DNA of 64,000 bases from Hemiscyllium ocellatum (lineage: Eukaryota): positions 1,457,438 to 1,521,437 of the forward strand of contig NC_083427.1 of NCBI RefSeq assembly GCF_020745735.1, in the 5' to 3' direction. The position numbers were made by a program, and so were the translations under genes. The notes beneath the pieces were generated by a model, which saw only the letters and a list, made by a program, of their open reading frames with translations, made no database searches and had not been told where the DNA came from. How positions within the stretch are numbered: position 1 is the stretch's first letter; each line of letters begins with the position of its first letter. This document shows positions 25,670-37,985 of the stretch, piece by piece.

Positions 25670-27330
25670 TCATTTGTTGAATATATGTGTTCCTGGCTGG
25701 CCAGTGTTTATTTCCAATATTTATTGCCCGTTAGAAGTTGTTGGTGAACTGCCTTCTTGAACCACAGCTTTGCACCTACTGTAGGTTTACACACAATGCC
25801 ATGCGAGAGGAAATTCCAGGATTTTGAAGCAACAATAGTGAAGTAACAGATACATACTTCCAAGTCAGATTGATGAATGGCTGGTAGGGGTTTTGAAGGT
25901 GGTGGTCTTCCCATATCCTTGTCCTTCCAGACCAAAGTGGTGGTGGGTTTGTATGATTCTGTCGGAAGATTTGTGGCGAATTTTCCACAGTGCATCTTGA
26001 GGATAGTATACTCTGCAGGAACTGAGTGTTGGTAGTGAAGCGAGTAGATGCTTCAGGTTTTGGTGCCAATCAAGCAGGTTGCTATGTTCTGGATGATGCC
26101 CAGCGTCTTGAGTGTCGGGGGGGCTGTATCTTGTCAGGCAAGTGTAGAGTATTCCATCACACTGGTGACCTGCGACTTGTAGATTCTGAATAGGCTTTGA
26201 GGAGCCAGATGTGAGCGACTTTCCGCAATATTCTTAGCCTTTGACCCGCTGTTGCATCAACTATGCTCATGGGGTGAATCTAGTTGAGTTTCTGGTCAAT
26301 GGTAACCCCGACAATATTAATGACGGGAGATATGTTGATGGCAACAGCATTGAATGTCAAGAGGCGGTGATTATATTATCTTTTACTGGTGATGGTCACT
26401 GCCTTGCATTTGTGTGATGCGAATGTTTCTTCACAAATGTCAGCTCAGACTGAAATTTTTTCCAGATGTTATTGTGTTTGAAAATGGAATGCTTCAGTAT
26501 TTGAAGAGTCATGAATAGTTGGAAAGATGTTGCAATCATCATGAACATCCCCACTTCTGGCCTTGTGATGGAGAGAAGGTCATTGATGAAGCAGCTGAAG
26601 ATGTTTGGACCAAATTTCAGTACCCTGAGGAACCTTGCTGAATTATCTTCAACTGGAGATGGCTGATATTTCACAGTCACGAGGATTTTCCTGTGTGTTC
26701 TGCGTGATTTTATGCAGTGGAGAGTTTTCCCCTTATTTATTGAAGGTTTACAAAGTCTCACTGATGACAAACTCGTGGATTTGCTGCATTTAGTCATTGG
26801 CTGTCACTTTCACCTTAACTCTGGAATTCAGCTGTTTTGCCCATTATTGAATCAAATCCGGCATGAGATCAGGAGCTGAATGGCATTGCTTATCCCAAAC
26901 TGGGCATGATTGAAAAGGTTTTTGTTGATCAGGCGCTACTTGATTGCAGGTTGGTGGCACATTCTATCACTTTACTTATGATTAAGGGATCAATGATGGG
27001 AGAATGATTGGCTGCATTGGATTTTTCTAGGTTATTGTGTACAAGTCATGGGTAGGCAATGCCAATGTCGAGTAGACGCCAGTGCTGTAACTATAGTGGA
27101 GGCTACGAGAGTGGCATGTTGTGGAGCAGATATCTTCAATACTATTGCCAGAATGGTTTCAGGACCTGTAGCCTTTGCAGAATCCAGTGTCTACAGCCGT
27201 TTCTTAATATAACGTGGAATGAATCGAATTGGCTGGGGAACATTGGAACAGGCCAAGATGAATCATCCACAAAACTCTCCTATCTGAAGGCTTTGCGAAA
27301 ACTTTAGCCTTATCTTTTTCTCTGATGTGC
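25670..27330 (-). mobile_element. CR1/L2-clade LINE, RT to 3' end, decayed
   Basis: ORF 26396..26797 contains GPNIFSCFINDLLSITRPEVGMF (RT domains 4-5). 3' end ATTTATTGCCC..TTAGAAGTTGTTGGTG. Confidence 0.85.
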
Positions 27331-30079
27331 GAAACATTAATATCAAAATAGCTAGTGACTAATAAAAGGGAATGAGAGCTGACATTTTGTTTGAATGTTG
27401 GCACGGAGATCACAAACGAATGACATTGAAAGCCCACGATCATTCCCGGGAAAATAGTTCTCATTACTTTGCGGCTCAATGAAACATCCCTTATCATTTC
27501 AATGAAGGAAGTGAAAAGTGGGCTGACTTTGGGGAGGTTTAAATCACCTTGATATGTATTCTGCCCTGAAGCAATTTCCTCCATTGCATGCAAAAGGAAT
27601 TCTAATCAACTATTGTGCGGAGACTTGCGGTTTAACAGTGAAACAACGGCAACTCAAAGGTTATAAAGACGCTGCATGAAATTTATCTATTTATTAATGC
27701 AGGAAATTATATCTGCATTCGCTTTATGATTGAGACTGGAATCTGTTTTATACCGCGAAAATACCACAAGCAAACGAGAGGCAATCTTCCACCTATTTGA
27801 TGCAGAATTGTGCATGCCGGATGATATAATAACATGAGCTATGAATTTATTTGACTCAAAAGATTGATGACTCTGTTAGCGTCCGGCTGTATCTGTATGT
27901 GGCAATGATGAGGCAGGTGAATTGGATTTTCGTTGTGAAAGGGAGACTCAGAAAACAACGACATTGTGCTCACATTTCTACTGGGCATTACAAGGAGAGG
28001 TGGGCAATAAGTTTAATTTAGTTGTGATAGAGGGTTTTGAGAGAAGGCAGACCATTTTAACAGAATTTTAACAGGATGCCGGACTGTGGGCTGGCGACTG
28101 AGCAATGTAGTAGCTCCCAGATAGTTTTCTAGCCAATGAAGAGTGAGGGAATTGTAAGCCTACTTTGTGATTGTTAACGCCTTATGGGGTATTAGGCAGT
28201 GCGGTTATTTTCAGAATGATATTGGTAAAGGAGAGTGAGTTGAGTTCTGGTATTATTGTTCAGGACTGAAGAAGAGCCGGATGTGACAAAGGCTTAATTA
28301 TCATAATCTGCTTCATCAAGAATAATCCTTCCATCAGAAGGTCAGAACTAGCAATGCCTACTTACTATTGTACAAAATTCAGCACGACCTGGGACTCCTC
28401 AGATCGTGAAGACACACGTTTGGGACAGGTGATCCTTGACCCTTCAACGTCAGTACCATGCTTCTTACGATTTTACAGCGACGACACAAAGACTGAGCGG
28501 TCTGTCATTGGATTCTCCTCATAACAATCGAATCATTTTCCAGGCAGGTCCATGAAATGAGTTTGTTCTTTTATCTCTTATAAATAATAATGACTATTTC
28601 TCATTAAGATGTGATTATTTACTCCACAATCTTCAAATTAGTAAACATTAGTAATAGTGAGAACGTTTTTGGTATCTATCTTTCCAGAAAAACAGAGAGC
28701 ACAGCACATATCACATGGAGAAACCTAATTGGATCTTGAACTCCAAAGCAACATATGCAATTATGCAAAATAGATCTCTGCTTCATTGACTATCCTATAT
28801 CCCAGAGGAAGATAATTCAATGGTTAAACGATTTTTCGTTCAATTCCAAATTCAGTTTTAAATTAATTTAAGCATTACACATGACAAAATGGAAGGATTT
28901 AGATTAACGTAACGTGGTATGGAACAAAACGTTAGAAAGGTAGGTTGATTTACATCTGAAGCCTACATTGCCATTGAAGTTAATTCTGGTCTTTTTCACA
29001 CTCTCCTATGTAACTGCCCGAACAGAACAGGTTTTCATTTGATCTTACTGAAATCGACAGAATATCTCTTGAAGTCTGTGATGACCAGTGTCCAGATGAG
29101 ACACAATTGAAAATGTATAACCCTCGCTTACCTCAACATGTTTACTGATTTCATTGCTCTGTTTGTTAGCTATAATGATACGCAAATGTTTGCCTGTGAA
29201 AAGCAAAGAACGACAGAAATATGCTCAAAACGTTCACTTGTGGCATTTTCAGCGCTCCGGTATACCACTTCGTACGGGTTTATATTCATTGAAATATAAA
29301 ACAAACTTATGCAAGTTTTGATAATTCATATATTTAACTGTAAACATGTGTCACAGTCTGATGATCTGCATATCACAACCTCCTGTACTACGCCAAACAT
29401 GATTTGAACAAGACACCTGACATTTGAAAGATTGTTGTGTCTGAATATCCAAAACGAACAGCAAAAATCATGAGTATTCTGATTCCATTTTGTACCTACT
29501 TTTACAGTCTTCTTTACTCAAACTTCAGGTTCACAACTTCAGATGATGAACAATATCATTCATTTAGAAGTTTATTTTTCCTTGGAGTCTTTGTTTTATA
29601 TTCTTCAGAGTTATTTACGCCATTTGGAACTGAACCTTATATTGTCATTTTCATTTTCTTTCGAGCAATGTTATGCCTCATTTGTAGAAAAATCCGCACG
29701 CATTTAATTTTTGTCTCATAGCACATTATGATCGTCAAACACACTGGCCTTGAAAAGTTTGCTGGATCTTCCGTTTTGTTCATCTCCTTTTCCCGTTTGG
29801 CACTTTGTAGACTCCAAGAATCAATACTGATTCCATAGCCTCAGAGCCGAACGCATGATACCCGTAATCCATTTTCCTCATGTTATTTCCCTGCTGTCCC
29901 ACCCAGACGTTGACTTATTTGTCTTTTGTTTACCTTTCTCAGCAAAGAGGACCCGTTTTCGTCCCTTCACACATCGAAGAACGCCTGTTATGCATCTTTA
30001 TTTCTCTTTCACAATAACAAACATCGCTTATTTTTATACCAAGCCTCCACATTACGGGTTCTCTTCGCACCTTCTCCAC

Positions 30080-30225
30080 CTCTGTCAGAAGGATTAAATA
30101 AAAACAACTTTCAGCACTGTTTAGTTCTGAAAAACAGTCAGACTGGACTTGAAACATTAACTTTGTTTCTTTCTCCACAGATGTTGCCAGAAATGCTGAG
30201 CTTAATCCAACAAGTGCCTCAGTTA
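30080..30225 (+). mobile_element. Penelope-type terminal fragment
   Basis: AGTTCTGAAAAACAGTCAGACTGGACTTGAAACATTAACTTTGTTTCTTTCTCCACAGATG. Related copies at 19200-19320 and 43190-43320. Confidence 0.55.
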
Positions 30226-30789
30226 TTTTGTAACGCTTCTTAGTTAGTCAGTTCATTCTTCCAATATACTTCATGATCAATGGTAAGTGTGGGAGAATTT
30301 CCTCATCTGGCACCCTGGAGTACCCAATGACAAACGCACACAGCACCCTTTGTGCAAGGATTCATGCAGAATCCATGCAAGGATTCACAAAGCTGATGGA
30401 GAATGGTGAATCCTCTCTGCGATTCCATTGCAGTTACAAATGTTGACATTGTCAAGAAGCATCCCAGTGTACATTGAAGTATGGTAGCATTGAATCTTCT
30501 TGCACAGAGTGCATTCAAATGTTCAATGACAGTCAGTTGAACAAAAGGTTCTCTTTTATTCCAGTTTGCTTTTTCTAAATAAGATGAACGATAAACCTTT
30601 ATTTCGATTATTTACCAACAAATGCCTTAAATCATATAACACTCGAAATCTAGAAAAAACTGACTTTGGATTGAAATTTGTATCTGTTTGCAGATTATTC
30701 TGTGGACATGGCGAATAACACAAATCCTCAGTTATGTTTATGCAGACAATCTCGGTGTGATTGTCTGCATAAACATAACTGCCCATATT

Positions 30790-31600
30790 ATGTGAAGCGG
30801 CCAGAGAGGATTCGATCCCTACTGGTAACGCCTGTGATAATTCTTCCCTGGTCTCTTTCAACTTTTCCAAATAAGCTTCCCTCAGCTTTCTGGATTTTTC
30901 CAAATAGGAGGCGTTTTAATCCCAGTAAACTGTATTCTGTCTCTGTCTCTCCCCTCTTTCCTGGACAGACACACATTCTGAGCTTTTTTCATTCTTATTA
31001 GCTTGCTTCACTTGAAATTGATATTACATTTTCTCAACCCTGCTATCTCTACTTATTTCAGCGGTGTCAATTGTTAAGACCAATGCAACATATTTATTGA
31101 GGGTTGTGCTCATGACTTGCATTTGCGTGCACAGATTTTATCTATGTTCTGTGCTCATTCCTACTGATTCCCAAGCTATTTCCATGCTCCATATATCTCT
31201 CTTCAATTTCCTACTTTCCTTCTAAATTCTTCCTTTGCACTTCTCGGACTCTGGGTACTTGTGGTATTCAGACCTGGGTCTCTGCATTTGTTCATTTTTT
31301 ATAGAAACATCCTCAAGTTTGTAACTCTTGACATTAAATGTTATCCTTTCTTCGAGGTCATTGCTTGATTTTATGGGAACATATTTGGTCTGAACTTCTG
31401 CTATTTTCTTCTTGACAACGCCTCGAGTTCTGACGACTTGATCTGCAAGTATTTTCTCCCAGTGGACATCGACCAATTAGCTTTTTTGTTAATTAATTAC
31501 CCTGTCCAGATGTAAGTGCTCTTATTCTCAGGCAGTCTTCATTATTTTTCCATTGCGATCCAAAAACAAACTTGGTTTTTTTATTATCTCTACCTTGCTC
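30790..31600 (-). mobile_element. CR1 ORF2 fragment (post-endonuclease to pre-RT)
   Basis: VDVHWEKILAD..KIAEVQTKYVPIK and KLKETREELSQAL..IESSLA match CR1 ORF2 motifs. Confidence 0.7.
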
Positions 31601-31869
31601 ATTTGTAAATATAACTTACCAATCCCTTTTCATATTCTTCTGGATTGCGAGTGAACCTGTCAAGCTTCCTCATTGTCTTTTGAATTACGCTCATTCAGTC
31701 CAGTGATTAGTAGTCCATCGTGCACCAGATTTAAGCATTCTACAGAGTATAAAGGCTTTAGAATGTCAGGAGTTGAGTTATACGCCGCAGTATTTCAAGC
31801 TTCTCAACTGCATTTCCAGCAATTATGTTTGTATAGCTTCTCGAGTACACTTTCTGTTCAAGGGCAACG

Positions 31870-32200
31870 CCCACTAGGTTGATACTGTAACTACTTGGAA
31901 ATATATATTGTCTGAGATGTTTCTGCCATGAATGCTACTTATCACTTGTCATTCCAAGCCTGAGTATTGCATTTGCCTTTGTGCATTTGAACATAGGCCT
32001 CTTCATTACTATGGTGCTAATTATCAGCCACCATCTCACGATATGATAATATGAGCATCATTGAGGAAGCAGCGAAAGTTGGTTTGGACAGGACAATAGC
32101 CTGAGAAACTCCTGCAAAGATGTTGTGGAACAGAGATGACTGATCTCCAAAATTCACAAATAGCTTACTTTCTGCCAGGTATGAATGCAATCATTAAACT
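31870..32200 (-). mobile_element. LINE fragment, same family as 25670-27330
   Basis: CATCATTGAGGAAGCAGCGAAAGTTGGTTTGGAC..CCTGAGAAACTCCTGCA. Confidence 0.6.
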
Positions 32201-33157
32201 TTTGCTTCCAAAGTGTTTTGGAAAGAAAGTATTAAAATGTAGTGTTACAATTCTGTTTGGGGTCCACCGAACACTACGAGATCTGTGAGAATACCATTAA
32301 GTCATCATGTAAGTTTGTTCAACAATAAATGGATTTTAAATCAGACATCATTTGATTTTCCTGTTGTGTTGAGAATGTGAAGAAGACTGAACATCAGGAT
32401 CTAACAATGGAAATGTCACTTTCCTATTTGCATCTCATCTGCAAGTTGTGAATATAGATCGGAGTGCTGAATAGTGTCAAAGATGTAGGGAAGGCAGAGA
32501 TAGTTGATTTGGATGGAGTACCCTGTAATTGGGTCTAACAAGTGCCATGTATCTACCTTCAGACAGTTAAAAGCTGACGTCAGGAATCAGACTTTAACAG
32601 CATATCGTGATGGTTTGCTCCCTCGAAACTGATCTCTGAAATTCCATTGATACCTCATGTATATAAATCCCTTAAGATGTTTCTAAAATGTGATGAGATA
32701 TTCATCGATATGACAGAACAGAACTTGTCCCCATTAAGGGATTTTTCTTGATTCAGTTTCCAAACGCATAGATAACTGATTTGGCATTGTACCTAAATGT
32801 GACAAAAAAAAGATTCTTTTTTAATAAAAATACGAAACGATTTCTGTCACCTTCACTTCCCAAATGTTTTTCCAGGTGTGAGAAGAGAAATTCATTGCCT
32901 CTACCAGACGATACGTTTAACCGATGGTTCCTAGAATGACAGGAAATTACTCGTTCGGGAATTGCTTTGGATCGTAGAGGCAATTCCAATTCTGTTATGT
33001 ACAGGAACAGGAATTCCGATAGTATGCATGACCTCAGCTTTTACAACATCGACAGTCCACGAATTGGACATGGTCTTGACTCCCAGTAGTTGCATGTCAG
33101 TGCTGAACATTGCATGAAGGTGCATCCATATTTCAGACTTTGCGTTTTCTGTGAAAG

Positions 33158-34365
33158 AGTCATCGAGTCATAGAGAGAAAAAGCACTGAAACAGACCGTT
33201 CTGTCCAAGTTGTCCCTGACAAAAAGATAATGTAAGCTCTTCTAGTGCCATTTTCCAGCACTTGGCCCATATCCCGCGCAACCCTTTCTGTTCATATACC
33301 CATGCATATGCCTTTCAAATGCTGTGATTGCACCATCCTCCACCATTTTCTCTGGCAGCTCATTCCATATATGCGCCACATTCTGCGTGCAAAGGCTGCC
33401 CCTTGGGTACCATTTATATCCTCCCCTCTTATACTAAAAAACACCCCTTTAATTCTGGACTTGCCCACCTCAGGGAAAAGACTTATCTGTTTTCTCCTAC
33501 CAATGCCCTTCACGATTTCTTTAGGGTTAATACTTAGCCTCCGATGTTCCAGAGAAAACAGCCCCAGCCTATTCAGTCTCGCCCTATAAGTCAAATCCTC
33601 CAACACTGGCAACATGCTTGTACTTTTTTTCCTCACTCTTTTAAGTTTCACAACATCATTTCGATAAGAAGGAGACCAGAATTGCACGCAATATTCCAAA
33701 AGTGGCTTAAGCAACGTCTTTTACTGCCGCAACGTGACATCCCAATTCCTATATTCAGTGCTCTGCCTAATGATGGAAAGTATTATCAACCACTTCTTGA
33801 TTATCCGATCCACCTGCAACTCTACTTTAAAGGAACTATGAACCTGCACTCCAAGGTCTTTCTGTTCAGCAACACTCCCCAGGACCGTTCCTTTAAATAT
33901 AAATGTCCCGCTTTGGTTTGTATTTCCAAAACAAAGCATCTCACGTTTTTCTAAATTAGTCTCCATCTGCCATTCGTCAGCCCAAAGGTGGGCGGCACAG
34001 TGGCACAATGACACAACTGTTGCCTCACAGTGCCAGAGACTTGGGTTCAATTCCTGCCTCGGGAGACTGTCCGTGTGGAGTTTGTACATTCTCCCGGTGT
34101 CTGCGTGTGTTTCTTCCCGGTGCTCTGGTTTCCTCCCACAATCCAAAAATGTACAGGTGACGTGAATTGGCGTTGCTAAATTGCCCAAAGTGTTAGGTGA
34201 AGGGGGGATGGGTCTGCATGTGTTGCGCTTTGGTAGGTTGGTGTGGACTTGTTGGGCTGAACGGCCTGTTTCCACACTGTAAGTAATCGAAAATGTGATC
34301 AAGATCCCGTTGTACTCTGAGGTAACATTCTTCATTGTCCACTTCGCCTCGAAGCTTGGTGCTCT
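33158..34365 (-). mobile_element. CR1/HER1 LINE 3' part with nested SINE
   Basis: ORF 33292..33714 PLLEYCVQFWSPSYRNDVVKL..LPVLEDLTYRARLNRLGLFSLE. Tail GAGTCATCGAGTCATAGAG. Confidence 0.9.
33989..34290 (+). mobile_element. HE1-type V-SINE nested in CR1
   Basis: GGGCGGCACAGTGGCAC...GGTTCAATTCC...CCACACTGTAAGTAATC. Confidence 0.92.
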
Positions 34366-35104
34366 TTCCTGAAATTGTGCAGAATTTTCATTGGTTTCTC
34401 TCTGAGTTCAGATAGGCAGTTACTGCTTCCAATACACTGATAAAATCGCCTTGCAACAACAGACAAAAATTGCCAGGGTTTTGTAGGTGAATGAAATTTT
34501 CAACAACTAAATGGAGTCTGTAATGATGCAGATGCAGTAAACTATTGCTGGCAAAGTTTGGGAGCATATGTAGACGACAGAGAAACTCAATGATGAAATA
34601 GCATCATTCATAAGGGAGAGGATAGCATGGATGATGGGGGCAGGCGTGAGATATGGATGAAAGTATAGAACACAGAGGCCAGGAGTGAAACATAGTGACG
34701 GCTTTTAGAAAAGCACGCCTAATTAAGAATAGAATGAAAAAGTTAAAATAACTTCCTGATAGTGCACAATTGAAAGAAATTAGTCATATCCATGACACAT
34801 GACATTCCCAACGCTTGCTGCAAATCCGCCACTTCATCAACGCAATCTTGAAACTTGACATTGTGACAATATCTCAAGTCCATTTTTTCGATGGACAGCA
34901 ACATTTCACTCCCTCTGTCTCAGTGAGAGGATCAGTATGTTTGTGGCATAACTGAGAATTAACACAACCAATACTCTATCAGTGCAGGGTCAGTGTGTTT
35001 AGAAATGTATTTTTTTAAGTTTTCCCACATAGCTCATGGAGTGCACTTTGTTGTTTTGGTAAAGTATCAAAGGGACGTTTTAGAGCTGGAACACAGCAAC
35101 TGTA

Positions 35105-35700
35105 GAATCAAAAGTTCATAGAGATGTATAGCATCGAAACAGAGCGTTCGGTCTGACTCGTCCATTCCGGTCTGATATCCTAAATTAATCGAGTCTTATT
35201 TGCCAGCAGTTGTGTCATATCTATATAAAAATGACTTTTGATTTCGACACCCATCCAGTTGTGTTTTAAATGCTGCAGTTGTACCAGTTTCTACCATCTC
35301 CTCTGGCAGTTCAATTCCACACGTGTACTATCTTCTGTCTGGAAAAAGTTGCTGGTTATGTCCCTTTTTAAAACTTTTCCCTCTCACCCTCATTCCCAGC
35401 CCTCTAGTTCTGGACTCTCCGACTCCAAGAAAAAGGTCGTTTCGGTTTATCCTATCCATGTCCCTCATGACTTTATAAACCTCAATGTGGTCAACCCTCA
35501 GCTTCCAACGCTCCAGGGAAAACCATCCCAGCCTATTCTCCCTCTCCCTCCAGCTCTTCAAACCTGGCGACATCGTTGTAAATCATTTCTGTACCCTTCC
35601 ATGTTTCTCAACAACATTTTTGTGGGGAATGTGTGGGGGCGGGGGGAGTGGGGGTGAAGGGGGCGGTGGAGTGCAGGAATGCACACAGTATTCCAAAACA
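35105..35700 (-). mobile_element. CR1/HER1 LINE 3' end
   Basis: ORF 35328..35573 SPGLKSWRERENRLGWFSLE..IEVYKVMRDMDRIN..GESRTRG. Confidence 0.85.
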
Positions 35701-35792
35701 CCAGGTCTCGGCATGAAGTAAGTGGTTCTCGAAATGGAAACCTTGACAATTCTACTGACAGAGGCTTTGAAATCATGGACAGAACTCAAAGT

Positions 35793-36102
35793 GGGCGGCA
35801 CGGTGGCACAGTGGTTAGCACTGTTGCCTCACAGTCCCAGAGATGCGGGTTCAATTCCCGACTCAGGCGACTGACTGTGTGGAGTTTGCACATTCTCCCC
35901 GTGTCTGCGTGGGTTACCTCCGGGTGCTCCGGTTTCCTCCCACAGTCCAAAGATGTGCGGGTCAGGTGAATTGGCCATGTTAAATTGCCCCTAGTGTTAG
36001 GTAAAGGGGTAAATGCAGGGGAATGGGTGGGTTGTGCTTCTTCGGTTCAGTGTGGACTTGTTGGCCCAAAGGGCCTGTTTGCACGCTGTAAGTAATCTAA
36101 TC
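35793..36102 (+). mobile_element. HE1-type V-SINE, young full-length copy
   Basis: Intact A box (TGGCACAGTGG), B box (GGTTCAATTCC), V domain and GTAAGTAATCTAATC tail. Confidence 0.95.
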
Positions 36103-36439
36103 ATCCTCTTTCCTTCGTCTGGGAATGGCTATGAACTGAATTGTACTATGGCATACAATACAAATGAAGAAAATGTCATGAAGTCAGCCCTTCTTTTTTT
36201 AAGTATCACTAACGCTTAAATGGAATCAAAAGGTCAAATGGAATATGTGGAAATGCTCTTTAATGCTATATTCTCTGAAATTCCATCGATACTTCGTTAA
36301 TGCACCTTTTATGATCGGCACGATCATTGACCAATATACCTCTGTTGTCCATCCAATGAGGATTTGACAAAGTCGAAAACTTTCATGTTATAAAAATTGT
36401 TGAAGTTGTTTTGTGAAATTATATTTTTCACTATCCCTA

Positions 36440-37315
36440 ACCTGACCATGTTGTTTAGGAGCGCGCAGTCAAAACTTGCAAACTTGCACAAGTCAAAAGA
36501 TGAAAGTGGATACTCCACTTTCGTAAAGCCGTGGATATGAACTCCAAGATCCTTTGGTTCCTCATCACTCTTTAAGGCCCTGATCCTGTTGGTTTGGTGT
36601 GCGCAGTCAAAATTCTTAACCTTGCACAAATTAAAAGATGAAAGTGCATAACCTAGCCACAACACATCATAGCTCTCAAGGTAAACTTCTGGGATATTAT
36701 ACGGAGCAAATCAAAAGAGCAGAGAGTTCAAGCTTCCACCAATGGTCTTTATCATACTCCTCTTGATGAACTCCATGATTTACTTTCTAGCTCCAACTCT
36801 TAAGAGGTTGTGTTTTGTTATGGTTTGCGAATTGTGGAATGCCTCAGGAGTCCTTGCTGGGTCGATTGCTGTTTATTATTTATATGAATGCTTTGGATGA
36901 AAATGTACACGCATGATTAGCAAGCTTGCAGACAAAATTAAAACAGGACGTACTGTGTGGAGTGAGAAAGTTTATCTGAAATTGCAGCAGGAACTTGATC
37001 AACTGGGGAAGTGGTTTGAGGAATGACACATTGGGGTTGATGCAGATATGTATGAGGGGCTGCATTATGAAAAGCCAATTTGAGGTAAGATTTTCATGAG
37101 CTTCTTCTATTTTGCTTTGCTCCTTCTTATGTACCAGAACTTTACCTTGAGAGCTATGATGTGTTGTGGCTAGGTTATGCACTTTCATCTTTTAATTTGT
37201 GCAAGGTTAAGAATTTTGACTGTGCACAGCAAACCAACAGGATCAGTGTCTTAAAGAGTGATGAGGAACCGCGGGATCTTGGAGTTCATACCCACGGCTT
37301 TCCGAAAGTAGAGTC
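36440..37315. repeat. Local inverted duplication (arms ~36511-36690 and ~37137-37315) with an additional short direct sub-duplication
   Basis: ORFs 36324..36665(-) and 37161..37514(+) begin with a near-identical 45-aa translation. 36440-36510 repeats 36575-36648. Confidence 0.9.
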
Positions 37316-37985
37316 CCAGGTAGGCAGGGCAGGGAAGAAGGATTTTGGCACACTGACCTTCATCAGTCAGGGCATTGATAATAGAATTTGCAAAGTTATG
37401 TTTCGGATTTACAGGACGTCAATGAGGCAGCACTTGGAGTATTCTGTTCAGTTTTGGTCACCTGGATCTCGGAAGGATGTCATTAAACTGGAAATAGTGG
37501 AAAAAAAACTTTAAAAGATTGCTGCCAGGACTCAAAGTTCTGTTTCATTTGGGAGAGCTTGGACAATGTAGGAGGTTTTTTTAAATTTTGTAGCGGAGGA
37601 GACTGAGGCAGGGAAATTATAGAAGGGTGTCAGATCATGTGAGGCATTGTAGAAAGTGAATGCATGCAGTCTTTTTACCAGGGTTGTGGGATCAAGAACT
37701 AGAGTGCATCAGTTTAAGGTGAGAGTGGAAAGAATGAAAGGGAACCTGAGAGTGAACTTTTTTGACATGGATGGCGTTATTGAAATGGATGCGCTGCCGG
37801 CAGAAGTATTTGAGGCATGAACATTAACAATTTTTAAAAGGACTTTTGACAAGCACATGGATAGGAAACTTCTTAAGATATAGAGGCCAAGTGCAGAAAA
37901 TGGGATTAACATGGGCCGACATTTTGGTCGTGTGGACGAGTTTGGGCCAAAGAACGTACCTTCGTCAGTAGGATTCTATGAGTCT
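36830..37985 (+). mobile_element. CR1/HER1 LINE RT-to-3' fragment
   Basis: IYMNALDENVHA.ISKLAD-like RT5 region, RQHLEYSVQFWSPGSRKDVIKLE and tail TTCTATGAGTCTA. Confidence 0.88.

Larger units (their letters stand above)
470..29193 (-). pseudogene. Candidate decayed multi-exon gene or spliced lncRNA, product unidentified. Exons 29193-29132, 28463-28366, 21355-21158, 19949-19892, 17364-17220, 12022-11952, 11780-11728, 8803-8741, 8401-8308, 7442-7350, 3965-3870, 3575-3526, 3120-3043, 868-~470
   Basis: Each segment lies in non-repeat sequence, bounded by AG (mostly after a pyrimidine tract) and a GT donor (GTAAGC, GTAAGT, GTAAGA, GTATGG, GTGAGT, GTGAGA, GTAAGG, GTAGGG; weaker GTCGGG, GTGCAA, GTGAAC). 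Phases join into one frame of ~397 codons with 5 internal stops, terminal TGA at 837-835 and AATAAA at 494-489. No homologue recognised. Manual selection bias is possible. Confidence 0.4.

Noticed and set aside
21345-28378. ~24-bp similarity around GTAAGT at 21351 and 28360
   Set aside because: Too short and AT-rich, with no flanking homology; probably chance.
28507-28511. CCAAT box / promoter upstream of the 28366 donor
   Set aside because: A strong exon candidate lies further upstream (29193-29132), so this exon is more likely internal. A 5-mer alone is not evidence.
29700-29830. Open minus-strand frame (KTEDPANFSRPVCLT) as an exon
   Set aside because: Matches the CR1 RT0 motif (K.EDPGNYRPVSLT), so it is a LINE relic.
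33292-34335. 140-aa and 204-aa ORFs
   Set aside because: CR1 ORF2 remnant and read-through across an antisense SINE.
35793-35865. tRNA gene
   Set aside because: The A/B boxes belong to the tRNA-derived head of an HE1 SINE and are followed by the V domain and LINE-like tail.
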